From assembly GCA_040437565.1 (NCBI GenBank), contig JBDOQK010000002.1, positions 806,001 through 870,000 on the forward strand: DNA of 64,000 nucleotides, in the 5' to 3' direction. Shown here in pieces: positions 48,497 through 61,172 of this stretch; positions within the stretch are counted from its first letter, which is position 1, and the number at the start of each line of letters is the position of its first letter. The position numbers and the translations under genes are program-made. The stretch is from Albugo candida. Taxonomy: Eukaryota. The notes beneath the pieces were generated by a model, which had not been told where the DNA came from, ran no database searches, and saw only the letters and a program-made list of their open reading frames with translations.

Positions 48497-51009
48497 ATGC
48501 CTTTGCTGTCAGCGGAGCGAGCAGAGACACATCAATCGAAGAAAATAGCAGTTCCGATGCCAGATATCAGAAATCAGCTTATCCGTCGAAACAGAAAAAT
48601 GAAACATTTAGTAGAAGCCGTTTTGCTCAAAACTCTTTTACATGCAATCAAACGAGGCTCGATAGAAGGCATACGAGTTGCGATTGAACGTGGTGTCATA
48701 ATTGATCATGTCGATGGGAAAAGCAGAAATTTGATTATGTAAGTGCGCAGACCATTTTTCTGGTTGTTAAGGCGCATGCGTATCGTAGGTTTGCTACAAA
48801 AGTCGATACGGATGTTAGACTACAAGTTATTATAATTTTGGCGGATGCTGGCTGCAACATTAATCATCTGGATGCTTATGGTTGGAATTGCTTGCATCAC
48901 GCATGGTAGAGCCCATTGTTTCTCGAATGCGGCACTGACGTTCAAGTCTCCTACAGTGCTTGTGGAGCTCTCGATGTTGCACATGAGCTGGTTAGACGGT
49001 AGGTGATTATCGTGTCATGGGGATAACTGAATCATCTGGACTTGGATGCAGCGGCGTTTGCATTGCCCATAATCCGTATGGCTACGGACCCGAGGATTTC
49101 ATCGTGCCTAAAGTGTCCAAAGCAAGTAGTCTTCTCCAGCATACAGAACAATTAACACATGAAGAAAATGTCCGATCATCGTGGAATTACTTTCACAATG
49201 AATGCAGATCGTTGGGATATGCGCTACATGCAGACAATGTATAAAAAACTTTGTGAACATTGACATTTGATTGATTGACTTGTGAACACTTGTAGCGTTG
49301 TGATTTTCGGAAGCCACTAAAGGTATCTTTTCAGGCGCCTGAAACACACAGTTTGCAAGATCGAATTCGGATAATTGATCTTTCTTCAAAAGTACCGCCC
49401 TGGAGCCAAGTGTTGAAAACCATTCTTGTTCCGCCAGGTCAGTTTATCAACAAGAAGATTTCTGTAGTCATCAAATGGGAATTGGGATTACAGGAAGCGT
49501 TGGTACTATCACTTTGGATCATGAGACTCTGTCTCAAGAATCACAATTTCGAATTCTCTATGAAAGATACGATGCTGAAGAAAACAATAAAGAAGAGAAA
49601 AGCAGCTCTTCCGATCTTATGATCACCAATCTGAATACTGGAAACTCATGCTCCATGGAATTGGTTAATGAAGTAGCTGTAGCAAATTTGGACAGAATTC
49701 GTCCGTTCAGGTGATTTGTTTCTAGGTTGGAAATGTCAAGATATTCACAGACTTTCGGCGTTGTAGCGCACAACATACCAGTAGTATAAATATGATTGGG
49801 TAAGCCGCAGTGAATGCATTTGACTCAATCGTCCAATTCAGCCTCTCTTTTCATATCAGCAACGATGTGAGACGTGATCGGGCTACTTCCTCCATGTGCG
49901 TTTCAAGAAGTCTCTATTCACTCTGTCTAAATTCTCATCATTTTGCTACCATCGTCAGAGTTCCAAGGCAAAGAAAATTTGCAAATAAAGCAGAAGACTT
50001 GGAACATATCGATGAGGAATCATTCAGGACCATCGCGATGGAATTGTGGGGCGCTCGATTTTCTTCGACGTCGCGTCTTCCGGACATTAACAGTATACTA
50101 AAACCGTACAAGATTATGGCGATGGTCACGGTCGACGTTGCTCATTCCACAGGAAGCAAATCTAACGAATATGAAGTTGTGATACAACAAGTCGGGAAAA
50201 TTGGACTTCATCTGGTCTCTACTTCTGCGTCCACTACTTTCAGGAGAATTGACATGCTCTTGGTGATATTTGTAGGAGCCTGTGTCAGAAGGCTTTCGAC
50301 GTGTTACGCGGCTTATTGTGCGCCACAGCTTAAGTCAAGCCGTATCTGTCAGCCCGGGTGATTATTTAATTGGAATCAATAGTGCAAACATCGAACATGC
50401 TGGCGTCAAACATGCTATTTGGCAACTAAAAGANNNNNNNNNNNNNNNNNNNNNNNNNNNNNNNNNNNNNNNNNNNNNNNNNNNNNNNNNNNNNNNNNNN
50501 NNNNNNNNNNNNNNNNNNNNNNNNNNNNNNNNNGTCGCGTCTTCCGGACATTAACAGTATACTAAAACCGTACAAGATTATGGCGATGGTCACGGTCGAC
50601 GTTGCTCATTCCACAGGAAGCAAATCTAACGAATATGAAGTTGTGATACAACAAGTCGGGAAAATTGGACTTCATCTGGTCTCTACTTCTGCGTCCACTA
50701 CTTTCAGGAGAATTGACATGCTCTTGGTGATATTTGTAGGAGCCTGTGTCAGAAGGCTTTCGACGTGTTACGCGGCTTATTGTGCGCCACAGCTTAAGTC
50801 AAGCCGTATCTGTCAGCCCGGGTGATTATTTAATTGGAATCAATAGTGCAAACATCGAACATGCTGGCGTCAAACATGCTATTTGGCAACTAAAAGAAGC
50901 AGATAGGCCTCTAACATTACGGTTTCGACGTGGAAATGCCGAAAAAAGACCAAGTTTATTTTCCATTCGTACCACAAGTACTAACGTTCCGATGACCGTC
51001 ATTGTGTAA
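48497..51009 (+). CDS. Ankyrin-repeat plus C-terminal PDZ domain protein, many exons
   Basis: LHAIKRGSIEGIRVAIERG and AGCNINHLDAYGWNCLHHAC|ACGALDVAHELV (ankyrin); KIGLHL...VSPGDYLIGINS...LKEADRPLTLRFRR (PDZ). Confidence 0.75.
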
Positions 51010-51117
51010 ATATGCAAAAACCTTCTAGATCCTATGTACAACTTTATATCATCCATGAACAACCAGCCACAAACTCGTTTAAGTCAGCCGCAGTGCAATT
51101 TTGCCAAGTCAATTGTT

Positions 51118-53259
51118 TTAATCGAAACTTCCGAATGTTACTTGAGCCATAGTCAGAGTTGGCTTCAACTTTACAATCGCCAGTCTTTCTCGGTATTGCA
51201 GACCATAATTGACGGTCTCTCGCTGAGGCTTAGCGACATTCGATGGGGGTGTCGGTGGTCTGATGTCGAGAAGTTGGCTAGAATAACCAAGCATCATTCG
51301 ATGAGCTGTAGCCACTTGTTCAGGATGCGGGCTTAGAGAAGGCTTCTTTTCACGATCCGAAAGTGCTAAATATCGTGCTTTGTCCGTCCCAACAATTCCA
51401 AAGCAATCTCTACCCTGGTGTTTAGCTCCTCTTAATGGAGGTAATGAGTGACTTCCATCTTCATTCCGGCGATGCTGCAAAGGCTCTACAAAACGCATTT
51501 GTTGCTCCTTCACTCCCTTTTCAGCCATTTCAAGAATTTCTTGAAACTTTTCATTTCGTGCGATTGATGACGATGGATATAATTGCACGAAATCGATCAA
51601 AGGAATTTGTTTGCATGCGTTGGCATCCTTTCTCCGACGATGAGATGACGAAGAAGATCTGGAAGATGTGGAGGATGCAGGTCGCTGTTTCAGCTCCTGG
51701 ATTCCATGACCATATTTGTCCACCAAACTAGCATTCAGTGCATCTTGCCTTCCATGAAATTTGTCGACAATCATGCCTACGTCGCTCAGCCGCTCAGGAT
51801 TCACTTGCTCGTAATATTCCATCAAGGCAGAACGCAGCTGCATGTGAGTCAAGCACCGATTGTCATCTGAACGTTCTACATCCTGATTCAAACATTCAGT
51901 CAGATCGGACGCTGTAGAATCTCTAGGATTCCTATCGTTAAGCAGAGTGTCCGACTGCGTTCCATACAATCGCGTCCGAGAAGATTTCATTTTCTGTCGT
52001 TCCCAGGATTTTTGGTCGTCCGGAGATACACCGAGTACGTCGAACACTTGTGATATGAGCCGCTCTTTGACATTCCAATCAAGTGGCGAATCACATCCGA
52101 AACTCGGCAAATGATTCACTTCTAAAAGCCAAGGCTTCAGACCCTCGTCTACAAGAACATCCATCCCGAGGACTGAAAAGCAAGACGATCCGGTCTCCGA
52201 TTCGTTTAATTCCAATTGTGGTACACTTGATGCACTCTGTGGTCTTGGTCGGTTCATCTGATTGTCCGGTTTTGTGTCATCAGAAAAAGCGCTCAAGTCT
52301 GAGGAAGCCGATTTGCGATGTTGCCCGTACTTGGCAAATGCGGATCGATATTCTTGAGCTAGGACTGGCTGCACCGCTAATATCGCTTTCAGACAGATAT
52401 CACCAATTTGATCCCACAATTTTTCAACCTGTTCGACATTGTATTGTTCTTTGAGCCACTTGAAAAACCAGCGTAACGACCGTTTATTACCAAAACCATC
52501 TTGCTGATTATCTTGATTCATTTCAAATTCGCTTGAGTGCTTGTTTACTGCGTAATTGGTCAGGTGCATGAATCGTTGATCCAAATTCCCTCCATTTGGA
52601 GTAACATAATCGGCTGTGCATAAACGCACAAGCCCGTCTTGAAACAAGTAGACTCGGAGAGGATCGCAGCTAGTGACAAGTACGTAGATCCGTAAGTCAA
52701 ACTTTTTATTGTCTAACAAAAGAGGCTTGGAGATATACTGCTGGGCAACCACGATATCGGCCGTCTGTAGCTGTTGCAGCTGCTTTGTCAGATACACACC
52801 ACGGCCTTGGCACATGTGGTCAGGCTTGATGATAAAAGTTTTCTGACTCTTGCCTTCTTGGTTGAATTGGAGCGAGAAATCGCGAAGATCAAAAGGAAGA
52901 ATCCAGGTTTTTGGACAGAAATCGTAATCTTTTGGATACAATTTCTTCATCCTCTCGAAGCTTCTCGCCAGCTTTGATTTGCGTGCTAGCACATTGGACA
53001 TCCCTGGGAAATGATTCACCTTTTGGTAAGGCTGTAAGCGACGAAAAGTATCACAGAATTCAGGTACATCAATCCAATGAAGATTGCATGACGCGATCCT
53101 GTTCTTATCTTGTTCATCTGTGATCAACTTCCATCCTCGAGCACGTGCAATTTTGCGAACGACTTCATATTTGCAAAGCGTTAGATTGATGCTGACTCTA
53201 TTTTTTCGCTTCGATTTTTTCATCAATTTGTGAACGGGATCATCAGAGACTGGCGTCAT
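51118..53259 (-). CDS. TTLL6: Tubulin polyglutamylase TTLL6/TTLL13-like, single exon
   Basis: INLTLCKYEVV, QKVNHFPGM, TFIIKPDHMCQGRG, KFDLRIYVLVTSCDPL, MHLTNYAVNK, PWLLEVNHLPSF. Confidence 0.9.
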   Translation of the reverse strand: MTPVSDDPVHKLMKKSKRKNRVSINLTLCKYEVVRKIARARGWKLITDEQDKNRIASCNLHWIDVPEFCDTFRRLQPYQKVNHFPGMSNVLARKSKLARSFERMKKLYPKDYDFCPKTWILPFDLRDFSLQFNQEGKSQKTFIIKPDHMCQGRGVYLTKQLQQLQTADIVVAQQYISKPLLLDNKKFDLRIYVLVTSCDPLRVYLFQDGLVRLCTADYVTPNGGNLDQRFMHLTNYAVNKHSSEFEMNQDNQQDGFGNKRSLRWFFKWLKEQYNVEQVEKLWDQIGDICLKAILAVQPVLAQEYRSAFAKYGQHRKSASSDLSAFSDDTKPDNQMNRPRPQSASSVPQLELNESETGSSCFSVLGMDVLVDEGLKPWLLEVNHLPSFGCDSPLDWNVKERLISQVFDVLGVSPDDQKSWERQKMKSSRTRLYGTQSDTLLNDRNPRDSTASDLTECLNQDVERSDDNRCLTHMQLRSALMEYYEQVNPERLSDVGMIVDKFHGRQDALNASLVDKYGHGIQELKQRPASSTSSRSSSSSHRRRKDANACKQIPLIDFVQLYPSSSIARNEKFQEILEMAEKGVKEQQMRFVEPLQHRRNEDGSHSLPPLRGAKHQGRDCFGIVGTDKARYLALSDREKKPSLSPHPEQVATAHRMMLGYSSQLLDIRPPTPPSNVAKPQRETVNYGLQYRERLAIVKLKPTLTMAQVTFGSFD

Positions 53260-53509
53260 CACGCCGGCAACGAAAGCTATTAGTTAGTTTGTTACCGTCG
53301 AGAAGGTTGTAAACCTTTGATGCGCAGACTTGCATGCTGAGCTAAAAATACTGCGTGATCCGTTAGACGTTTGGGGTTTCACCCTGAATATACCAAAAGA
53401 GCACGCGATGTAGAATGAACAGAGACGGATACGAACAAAAGATTGATACTTGATGATTACGATTGGATCAGGAGCCCTACTGAATGCCTGTGCTGAGCAA
53501 AGACGAATT

Positions 53510-56500
53510 TCAAGCAACGTATAAAAGTCTCTGCTGGTTGCTCTCATGACGTTTCAGGAAGTCTTTGTCGATAAGAATCTCAACGTTTTGTTTGATCATC
53601 GCTGTGGATGGTGCGAATTGATTTTGTAGCATTCCACTCAATTCAAGCTCGAGTTGAGGATACAAGACATCGCGGCGGGTCTTGAGTATTCGAACAATTG
53701 CTGCTTGTAATGTCATTTTCCTGTCCTCGACCATCTCTCGTCTTGTGGATTCCATGTTTCGGGGAGATTCTATCGGAGCACTGGGAACTGCCTAAAGAAA
53801 CAAACATAATGAAGTGTGACGACAACTTTTCTGGATAGACCTACAGAAACACGTAGCTTTCGATGTTTGAAGTGAGAATTCAGTCTGTATCTGGTCTCAT
53901 GCTCTTCTTGGACTCGAGTAAGAATTTTGGTCTATTTGAGATAAAATCAGTCGTTTGCTTATTTCTGAGCCAAGTCTTTACCTTCACGAGGCCATTGAAA
54001 TGAGGGCACAGATCTTTCGCCTCAATGTTTATTGTTTGTGCGATTTGATTCTCAGGGATTTCGAGATTGCTATTGTACTGAAATTATAAATGTCAGCAGT
54101 GCATTATAGGAAGGATAGGCGGCGTACCTGCAGTAATATCATTATTTGATAGAAACTGAGCACAAATTCGTATTGTTTCTCATAGCAATATGACTGCACG
54201 GTTCCATGCGACAAATGATACACAGGATCTAGCTTTCTTCCTGAACCTCTTTCTACATAAAATTCTCTAAAGAGATTCTCGTACGCTTNNNNNNNNNNNN
54301 NNNNNNNNNNNNNNNNNNNNNNNNNNNNNNNNNNNNNNNNNNNNNNNNNNNNNNNNNNNNNNNNNNNNNNNNNNNNNNNNNNNNNNNNCAGGATCTAGCT
54401 TTCTTCCTGAACCTCTTTCTACATAAAATTCTCTAAAGAGATTCTCGTACGCTTGCAGGATTTCTGGAAGTATCAACTGTTTGTCTAATGCAGTTGTTGC
54501 AATCGGCCAAGCACCAGCCGTTAGGACATTACACTGATATCTGATTTTTTTATGCAATGAGAGGGCCAAAGCTGTGTCTTCATCACGCTCTGATAGTACT
54601 CCTTCCTGTTCATGTATCCATGATTCAAAAGTGTTATTGAGTTCCTGCCGTTCACATCAGCAAAATATCGTGCATTCTGCAAAATCAGCATCAAAGATAC
54701 CTTGCTAAGAAGTTTGTCCTTGAGCATCTTTTGTAATTTCGAAACAAAATCACAGCCGCAAGTTTCTCGCAACTTTTGTATAAGCAAAATTTCCATATCG
54801 TTTGCGACAGAGGTTTCTAGACATGCATGCATGTAAGAAAACAGAAATATAATCTAAATGAATTCAGGATACCTCGGATCAACCGTTTCGCCAGATATTT
54901 TGCATAAAATTTCTTGAAAACATCCTTATCATTGAGCAGAGAAAATACGACGCTAATATTTTCAACTTTCCTTTCCATGGTATCTTCTAGATCGGGCTTG
55001 TCAACAAGTTTCAGCTTGGCGAAAGCGCTTGACTTTTTCTTTTTCTTCTCTGTGGTCATGAGATGATGAGCGTATTTTGCCAGAATCTCCGGGAGTTTGG
55101 CATGAGAATTGGCAAACGCTCGACACGCCTATTGTCCATGGTTTCCTCATTTGAACATGACTAATGGTAATAATCGTCCATAGAATACCTGATCCAGAGC
55201 TGTTCGCATCAATGAGTGAGAGTTGAAGGCACCGTGTATCATTTTGTGGTATCGATTTCGAACTTGAACCAAAGCTTCAATGTATTCCTCTGGATGTTTA
55301 ACTGTGCCATCATGCTCAAACTTTCGTACGACATCGAGCCCAATTCGCTCGATATACGCTTTCAAAATGCTCTAGATGTAGAAATACTGAGATGATGTCA
55401 TGGAATAAAGTTCTCCATATCCTTACCTTAAATGAGATAAGAGTTTGGTCATTTGAGAGCTCTGAAAATAATAAAAATATACGCCGTAAATCTTCTGTTT
55501 GATTATTCCGCAAGAACGTCTCAACATGCTCGCAAATTCGCTCTGCATGATGTTCGACAAGCACTCGACAGCAAATTTTCCTTGCGTGCAGCATTGTGCT
55601 TCGCACAACTATCAAAATTCCAAGTAATGGCTCCATCTGAGCAAGCTTTTACTTACGTAGAATGTAAGCATCCTTCACATCGCTGCTGTTCTTGTCTGCA
55701 TATAACCTCAACTATCTGGAGGTACTCGGCGATTGTGATTCTCGATAGCAGTTTCCCCGCCATAGTAGAATAATATGTATCCAGGTCCTATGACAATGAG
55801 TATAAGGACGATGATATGTCACGTATCTTTCCTCAATATCACTTTTAGAAATGGCGACTCCAACTCATCACGATACACACTCAGAGGCTCTTGTTGACAT
55901 GAACCCAGCGAATAGAGAGACTAGAAGATGAGCAAGTGCTTATCATTGTAATAATGAAGCGAGTTTGCGAATAGTACCTCAACAACCCTCGAAATGTAAT
56001 CGTTTCCGTCAACGAAGATGCTCTTCGAATCGCGTGCATTTCGAAATAATTGACTCACAGAATGAAATATTCGTGACCTGATCTTTAGGAATACAATATC
56101 GCTCCAAAGATGCATAGCGAGCTACCGTTTAATCGATATTAATGACACTTGTCAAGCGTCTAGAGTTCTGTTTTGAGTACCTCATCGATAGTATAAACTC
56201 CTGGAATAGGTGCCTGGCCGGTCTCGGAGTGTGAATACTTGATCCAAAATCTATTCTGCATGTTGTACCATTTTTCAATATCGCTCTGTATCAGTTGAAT
56301 ACAACCCACCAGATAGCGAAACAGCTCCGACGTGTAGCTCGTTCCGGTAACAAAAGCGTTAAATTGGGTGCAATAGTGCTCCAAGAACTCGGTGTCACCA
56401 CTAATACTACTGATCTCCTGCTTCACAAACATTCCTCCATCAGTTCGCGAGACTACTTTCGTGTATATATCATGCTTAGCTGCAAAGCACAATTCCAGAT

Positions 56501-56884
56501 GCGATGCAAGCAATCCCCGTAGACGAAAGTAGAGCACTTCGCCCTGCGGAGCACCGGGAGCCGTACACACTTTATAAATGCCACTACGAAAGTATGTGAA
56601 TTGCTAAGGTCACCGCAAAACTCCAGGACTTACGTATACATCTCAACCCATCTTTCGTGAGTTAGTGTCTGGGGGACAGCGGAAACCAGAGATAGTAAGG
56701 ATGGCTCAATATTTTTCCATAAGACCTCGATATCAATCTACAAAAGTATTTATGTATGTATCAGAATTGTAATCGTAAGATGCAAGAACCGCTGAAGCCT
56801 TTAAAAGTGACATATTGCTAGATCTTTGAATGTGGAAGCTATTTATTTCGAAAAGAAAACAATACGATACCTCTTTCTTCTCAT
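53510..56884 (-). CDS. Cullin (CUL1/CUL2-like), about 15 exons
   Basis: LFRYL/NRFWIK, PEILAKY, DKDVFKKFYAKYLAKRLI, KLQKMLKD, VLTAGAWP, and neddylation domain EDRKMTLQAAIVRILK...LIDKDFLKR...YVA*. Confidence 0.92.
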
Positions 56885-56946
56885 AGCGAACTTAGGCGCT
56901 CGAATATAGTAATACCAAGCCTCACCTTTTGATCTCTGCGCTTCGT

Positions 56947-58387
56947 CTATCCTATCTGCTTTAAGGAAAGAGATGTCTTCTGATTTGCGCGATGTTTCTT
57001 CGACCTGAGATGTTCCTGCCACTGAACGATTCCCAAAAACCTACGGCTTCCACAAGCTTCACATGTGTTTTCGATCCATTTATCTTCGCTATTTTGCTGG
57101 TCCAAAGGATCGCTCTTCATTTCTTGTATCGTTTTGTGTTGTGCTATCGTTTCGCCTTTCAGAAAGCTCTGTGCGATTCGAATTGCAGGTTTCGCGACAG
57201 TTTCATGCCACTGGTCAAGATTGGTTGTGTCCAGGGAGTAAACCGGAATGTTTCGGTTGATGAATTTGTTGCGTATCCACGCAAGCTGACGTCGCGCATA
57301 TTGTCTTGTCGCAATATTGAGCAGTTGTATACACTTGGCTAGTTCGGAGTTGAGCTCGTTTGTTGAATAAGATCCAGACTCATCAGCTCGAAGATAGCTC
57401 TCGAATTCCTTGTACCCAATGGCTTGCAAGATTCCTGTTCTCGAACCTTCTTCTAATAATTTGTTTGGCTCACAGTCGAGTGACTTCACTTGAGCTCGTA
57501 AAGATTTCAGTTCATCAATTAGACCTAATTGCATCATGTTGTCTACTCTAGACTCCAAGTTTCAGTCAGTCCAGACAAGCAAAATATGCTGCCCTTAACG
57601 TACCGTTTCTCAAGACGAGCTAGAAGCGTCTCATGCTGACAATGCAGCATCAATGCACTTGCATCGAACAATCTCTGTGCATTCTTGCGGCTATTTTGCT
57701 GCTCGTCGAGAAGATCGCTTTGTCGTTTGCCTGTCTGATACAACACTTCGAGTCCGCGTCGGACACGACGGGTATTGTTGATATGAAGACGACTTGCCAT
57801 GACTGGATCTAATTCTTGGAGCTTTTTAAACATCTGCTTTGCAGATAGTGATTTCTACGCATGCACAGTATCATACTAATTTGACAGTGCATGATTCGAT
57901 ATTACCAGCGTGTTCAATCCTGCTTGATCCTTCGTCCCTTGTACACACTCTTCGTCAAGCAGTTGCGAGTTCCATAGTATTGACTGAGTATAGTACATTG
58001 TTCCACCAACAATGATGGGGACTTTGTTCCGAGATAAGATTTGATCGATCACCTTCAGCGCTTGTTGCTTGTAATGGTTGACATCGATAGCATCTGTCGG
58101 TTCGATAATATCAAATAAATGATGCGGAATCCCTTCTTTCTCTTCTTCAGTAATCTTGGCTGTTGCAATATCCAGTCCTCGATACATCTTTGCACATCAC
58201 TGTCTAAAAGCTCGATTGCTTATCATTGAGTAATTGTTACCTGCATAGCGTCCGAGTTGATAATCTCTCCATTGACGGCTTTTGCGACTTCGATCGACAA
58301 TTTTGTTTTACCAACACCCGTGGTCCCAACAATCACGAGAACTTTGCGCAGCTTTGTGAAATTGGCGTCTGGTAACTTTGAAAGCAT
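56947..58387 (-). CDS. TRIT1: tRNA dimethylallyltransferase (tRNA-IPT, MOD5/TRIT1) with C-terminal zinc finger, 4 exons
   Basis: [60 protein letters not shown]...[11 protein letters not shown]. Confidence 0.95.
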
Positions 58388-58691
58388 CGTCTCCTAATCG
58401 CTGTTCATACTCCTAATCTCTAATCACCTTCTATTTATGCTTGAATCAGTTTAGCCTCCATACTTCATTCATTATGAATCCATGCTTTTTGTTCTTTTGG
58501 TCATTGTAACGATTTTCATATCTGTTGTCAACTTCTGTGCAATAGATTTTGTGAGATCCTTCATGCTCAACAGCGTCGACATTTACTGTGTGTTTTATGC
58601 AAACAGTCGAGAAATGCATTTATCTCTGATCACGATGAACTTGTGCTTATGCAAGCTGATAGATGACTCTTTCTATTCACATTATTGCAAT

Positions 58692-59280
58692 AAAATCACG
58701 ACAACAAAAATCATCAATCAAGTGAGTGAAGGCTCTGTTCGAGGAAATGAGCTGGATGAGATCAAATCACCGAAAAAGCGAATATCTTATCACAACATAG
58801 TGCCCAAACCGTTCCTGAAGCAATCGGTAGTATTGAGCAACACGACATCCTTCGAATCACGACAATAGAATCCTTTTCGATACTGTTGTCACCATCCATG
58901 TTGTCTGAACTAGTTTCCATTGTCGTGATTTGAAGGATGTCGTGTTGCTCAATATTACCGATTGCTTCAGGAACAGTTTGGACAGTATGTTGTGATAAGA
59001 CATTTACTCTATCGTTGATTTGATTTAATGAGACTATTTCGTCGATAAATTGTGTCACCACCATTTTTGAAATTTCCACATCCACCTCACCCATAAAACA
59101 GATCCTTCACTCACCTTGGACGATGTTTTTGTTTTCGTGATTTTCTTCTTCATCGTCTTTGACGGTGCTGTCTTATTTGTAGTCCAACTTGGAAGCCTTT
59201 TCAAAGCTGTTGTCACCATCCATGTTGTCTCAACTAGTTTCCATTGTCGTGATTCGAAGGATGTCGTGTTGCGCAATACT
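58692..59280. repeat. Imperfect long inverted repeat plus direct repeat (foldback-like, decayed coding sequence)
   Basis: 58785-58870 is the reverse complement of 58915-59000 (6 mismatches in 86 bp, 44 bp spacer). Outer arms ~58692-58740 vs ~59096-59145. 58872-58956 is directly repeated at 59196-59280 (offset 324). Confidence 0.9.
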
Positions 59281-59776
59281 ACGAATAATAGTGTGTTCTA
59301 CAGAGAAATTACTTTGTTGCTTCCTTTCTCTGTATTATTTAGATACTTGCCAGCGAAGATTACATTGATAGCATTCAGTCGCTCAATCTTCCACATGGCT
59401 TCATGAAAAGATTTTGTTTGGCATATAGTTCGTCTGCGGAAAGGCATACAGCTTTTTCACCTCATTGGCTTCGCTATGAGGAATCGTATATGAAGCAGTC
59501 TTCATGCATGGCACGAACAGGAGAATAGCGATGCACAATGTCAAGTTTAGATATATAGGTATTTTGTTACAAGAGTCGTGGAGTATCAAGGACATGCAAC
59601 GAGGTTCTGACGCAGCACAAGCTCGCTACTAAAGGTGCAGAATATATTGATTGAGAATATTATAAAACTCTGTTTTATCAGATAACTGATTTGGGCGGAA
59701 GGATGGAATTATATCAAAGCATAAATTTGATGATTTTCCTTCTCATGAAGAACCAGCTTGACTATATTAAGTTTTA

Positions 59777-61172
59777 ATGAGAAGTCGCAAGATGATTATT
59801 TCATGTGTGATCGTGACTTTGGGAATCCTGCTTTTGTATCTGCCTTCTACGAGAAATGAAGCAATGCTTTGCGGAGAGCAAGAAAAGAAAGAAGCAGGGT
59901 ACCTCGATGAACTCAACTACTTGTTCTATCACGCACGTTATTCGGAAACAAGTCGCGACCTGATACCAGTGGTAATTTGGCTTTCCGGAGGACCAGGTTG
60001 CTCAAGTATGATTGGCGCCATTTTCGAAAACGGCCCCTGTATGTATGACGAAGAAACCAGAAGATTTCATCCGAATCCATTCTCATGGTCTAACGCTGCC
60101 CATCTTATTTATATCGATCAGCCGTATGGCACTGGCTTCAGCAAAAGAAAGCTAGTACCTTTACGTTCGTGGAACAATCAGATTGCTGCGGAACACCTTC
60201 GCAAATTCATTGAATCTTTCTTTAGACTTCACTCCGAACTTCAAAAAAGCAGCTTGTACATTTTTGGAGAGAGCTACGCCGGTCATTTTGTTCCGGACAT
60301 CGCGGTACATTTGCTGAACTCAGACATGACTCGTTGGAGTCCTGTATTGAAGGGAATAGCAATTGGGAATGGTTTTGTGTCTGCACGTGCTATAATGAGC
60401 TCGTACGTAGAGTACTCTCGCCACAATGATTATCACGTGGACTTTCTGGCAAGTGAGGCTGAAAGTCTAGAGCAAAACTTGCTTGGGTGTATCGATTTTA
60501 TCAACGACTGCATGCCGTTCATGACGTCCGAACATAGAAATTGTGCCGATGCAACAGTTTGCTCCGAAGCCGAGAATAAAGTATGGCAAGCAATTACTAA
60601 ATCTGGCAAAAATTATTACGACCTCCGACGAACATGTTCTATTGAAGACTCCAGCGGTCTTTGTTACGAGTTTGATGCTCTACAATCTTTGATGAACAAA
60701 CCATCTGTAAGAACCTACTTCAGATCAAATGGAGCTCAAACTTGGCGGGTGTGCAACGAAGAAGTATATCGGGATGGTGCAAGTGCTGATTTTTTTCAAG
60801 AGAGTGAGTATGAAGTCGCGCACTTGCTCAATTCTGGTGTTCGAGTGCTTGTTTATGCTGGAGACGCAGACGCTGTCTGTAATTGGGTCGCGCAGTACAA
60901 CTGGACACAAAACCTAGAATGGAAGCATTCAGATAGTTTCAGACGCTCGCGGACAAATAATTGGATGATAGATGGTGCAATCGCAGGAACATTTCGATCA
61001 TCGTATAATTTAACGTTTGTTCGTGTAAAGAATGCAGGACATGTAAGTGATGCTTATCAAAAAAGGATGTATCCTAATCACTCTATGATAGATGGTCCCT
61101 CACGATCAACCCAAAGTAGCACTACCTCTTCTGGAGAGCTTCATCACGGATTCCGATCTGAGCAATCAATAA
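59777..61172 (+). CDS. Serine carboxypeptidase (family S10), secreted or membrane-anchored, 2 exons
   Basis: Hydrophobic N-terminus, WLSGGPGCSS, ENGP, IDQPYGTGFS, GESYAGH, YAGDADAVC; AGH|MVPHDQP after intron 61044-61091; true stop at 61170-61172. Confidence 0.93.

Noticed and set aside
9849-57342. Numerous 60-150 aa antisense or alternate-frame ORFs inside identified genes
   Set aside because: They are shadow ORFs of real coding sequence with no motifs.
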